64,000 nt of DNA. Origin: Bilabrum cf. latius (lineage: Eukaryota). The position numbers and the translations under genes are program-made. Positions within the stretch are counted from its first letter, which is position 1, and the number at the start of each line of letters is the position of its first letter. Positions 62,624 to 64,000 of the stretch are shown in pieces. The notes beneath the pieces were generated by a model. The model searched no databases. It saw nothing but the letters and a program-made list of their open reading frames with translations, and was not told the DNA's origin. The DNA lies in assembly GCA_965178125.1 (NCBI GenBank), contig OZ237743.1, forward strand, positions 186,001 to 250,000, in the 5' to 3' direction.

Positions 62624-64000
62624 TCAAGATCCAACCCCTCGCCCTGTGGAAGCTGCCCTGGCCAGCCGAAGTCGCTTGGATCGCCTCGGGAGCGTTGCAG
62701 GGACCAGCCCACGTCCTGCAGCATCACCGTTCTGGCCGCGAGCCAAAGGTTGGGATTGAAGTTGGCAGTCTGCCTTGCCTTGCGCTCCACCGCGCACCAC
62801 TCCTTGCGTCGCCGGCATGGTGCCTGCTGCATCGTCCAGAGCAGGCGAGCAGGTCCCAAGCACCTCATCAATATGAAGATCCACAGCACGGTCTGCAAAC
62901 AATGCCTCGGGACTACTTGTAGCATCAGTTTCTCTTGCAGGTGGAGACACGGGCCGACTCCGCTTGTGCCCAGCCAATTGCCTGCCTGGTTGCCGGCATG
63001 ACGACCTGGCAGCCACGGCGGACGCATCGATTTTGGATCGAATGTGATTATCCTATGCGCCTTGCTCAGCATTAGATATCGACCCAGTAGGTGCGCTAAT
63101 GCCAAGCCTCTCAGATTCTTGGCTGTGCTGCAGCGGTGCACTGTACCCTGCGCTCTGCTGTGTCGCTGCCCATGTGGATGCGACCGCCTGCAAGGTCTAC
63201 TTGTGCACCGACCGGCTGACCGAAATATGCTGACACACTTGCTCGGTACCAACATCAGGTCGCAGCAATGGTGCTTGCAAGCCCTTGTGCCATGCAGGTG
63301 AGCCTCTGGTGACTGCACCGCTCGGTAATGGAGGAACAGCCGGAGTACGCATGGCACCGGCAATTCCAGACTGCTACTGCTGCTGGGCCTGCAACTGGCG
63401 CTGCTCATGTACTCCCAATGTGTGCGCTACATATTGCGATCTAGGTTGCCCGATCACCTCGCTACGCATGACCAGGCCATAGGACGCAGAGATCGACATG
63501 GAATATCCCGTGTTAGTGGTACGCTTAGCTGGAGTGGAACCGCGTGCAGTGGCAACCACGGCTGCATTGTGCAGGCGTAAGGGTTCGACCTGCACACCGG
63601 AAACTCTAGCAGCTTGCATGCTAGATGCTGGCGCAGACGCGTGCAGATGGTCCTAGGACGAGGCGACGGCAGAATGTGTGGCCAAGTCGACCGAGTTGCT
63701 GCCAACACCATCATCTCTCGACTGAGCTCCAAAGGGCGAATGCGACCGCTGCGGCCGGGTGATTCTCTGCGCTGGGGTGATCCTGTTTCCATCAGTGCCA
63801 CCAGTCCGTTGTCCCCCCCCACCCTCGATGCCGTCTTTGGCCATGGCACCGAACGCCACGAGAGCTTCTCCAGCGTCCACCCGCTGCCTGGCCCTCGCTG
63901 TCTTCTCGTGGGATCGGCGGCGGTGCGACCCCGTGCGCATTCTCGGAACCGTCCTGCCTACGCGACGCAGGTGTTGCAGCACGTTCGGATGCACGTCCAT
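62624..64000 (-). CDS. 3' part of a low-complexity protein of unknown function (starts beyond the window)
   Basis: Track ORFs 63653-64000, 63374-63619 and 62624-63016 lie in one frame joined by TAGs; contains CAG CAG CAG TAG CAG; TGA stop 62624-62626. Confidence 0.7.

Noticed and set aside
19396-64000. In-frame TAGs as mass pseudogenisation, tiny introns or pyrrolysine
   Set aside because: Decay would also produce TAA/TGA and frameshifts. There are no consistent GT-AG micro-introns around the TAGs, and the sites sit in Gln-rich contexts in unrelated genes.

Overview
This is GC-rich, gene-dense eukaryotic (protist-like) nuclear DNA with short GT-AG introns. The main result is a non-standard genetic code. 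The fragmented ORF track collapses into about 14 long single-frame genes once TAG is read as a sense codon: roughly 100 in-frame TAGs by manual count, with no internal TAA. Genes end mostly in TGA and occasionally in TAA. Context (poly-Gln tracts, Gln-Asp repeats, a position that is Gln in human HSD17B10) indicates UAG=Gln, uncoupled from UAA. The first 15 kb hold two decayed or non-autonomous split-direct-repeat (A1-[ORFs]-B1-A2-B2, Ngaro/DIRS-type) tyrosine-recombinase retroelements, both inserted at an AG dinucleotide. The first (2144-8719) sits inside a giant protein gene and has ends (AG|GTAAGA ... CAG|) that would splice it out as a 6.6-kb intron, restoring the reading frame exactly. Other genes: TBC Rab-GAP, 5' end of homoserine dehydrogenase, HSD17B10-type SDR, GNAT acetyltransferase, MRS2/CorA Mg transporter, a ~3,850-aa LRR protein, secreted Asp-box protein, ABC1/ADCK kinase, a damaged PINK1-like kinase-ARM gene, secreted kelch protein, SND2/TMEM208-like protein and several unknowns. 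A 200-N scaffold gap lies at 18807-19006. All calls come from manual reading; no database searches were run.
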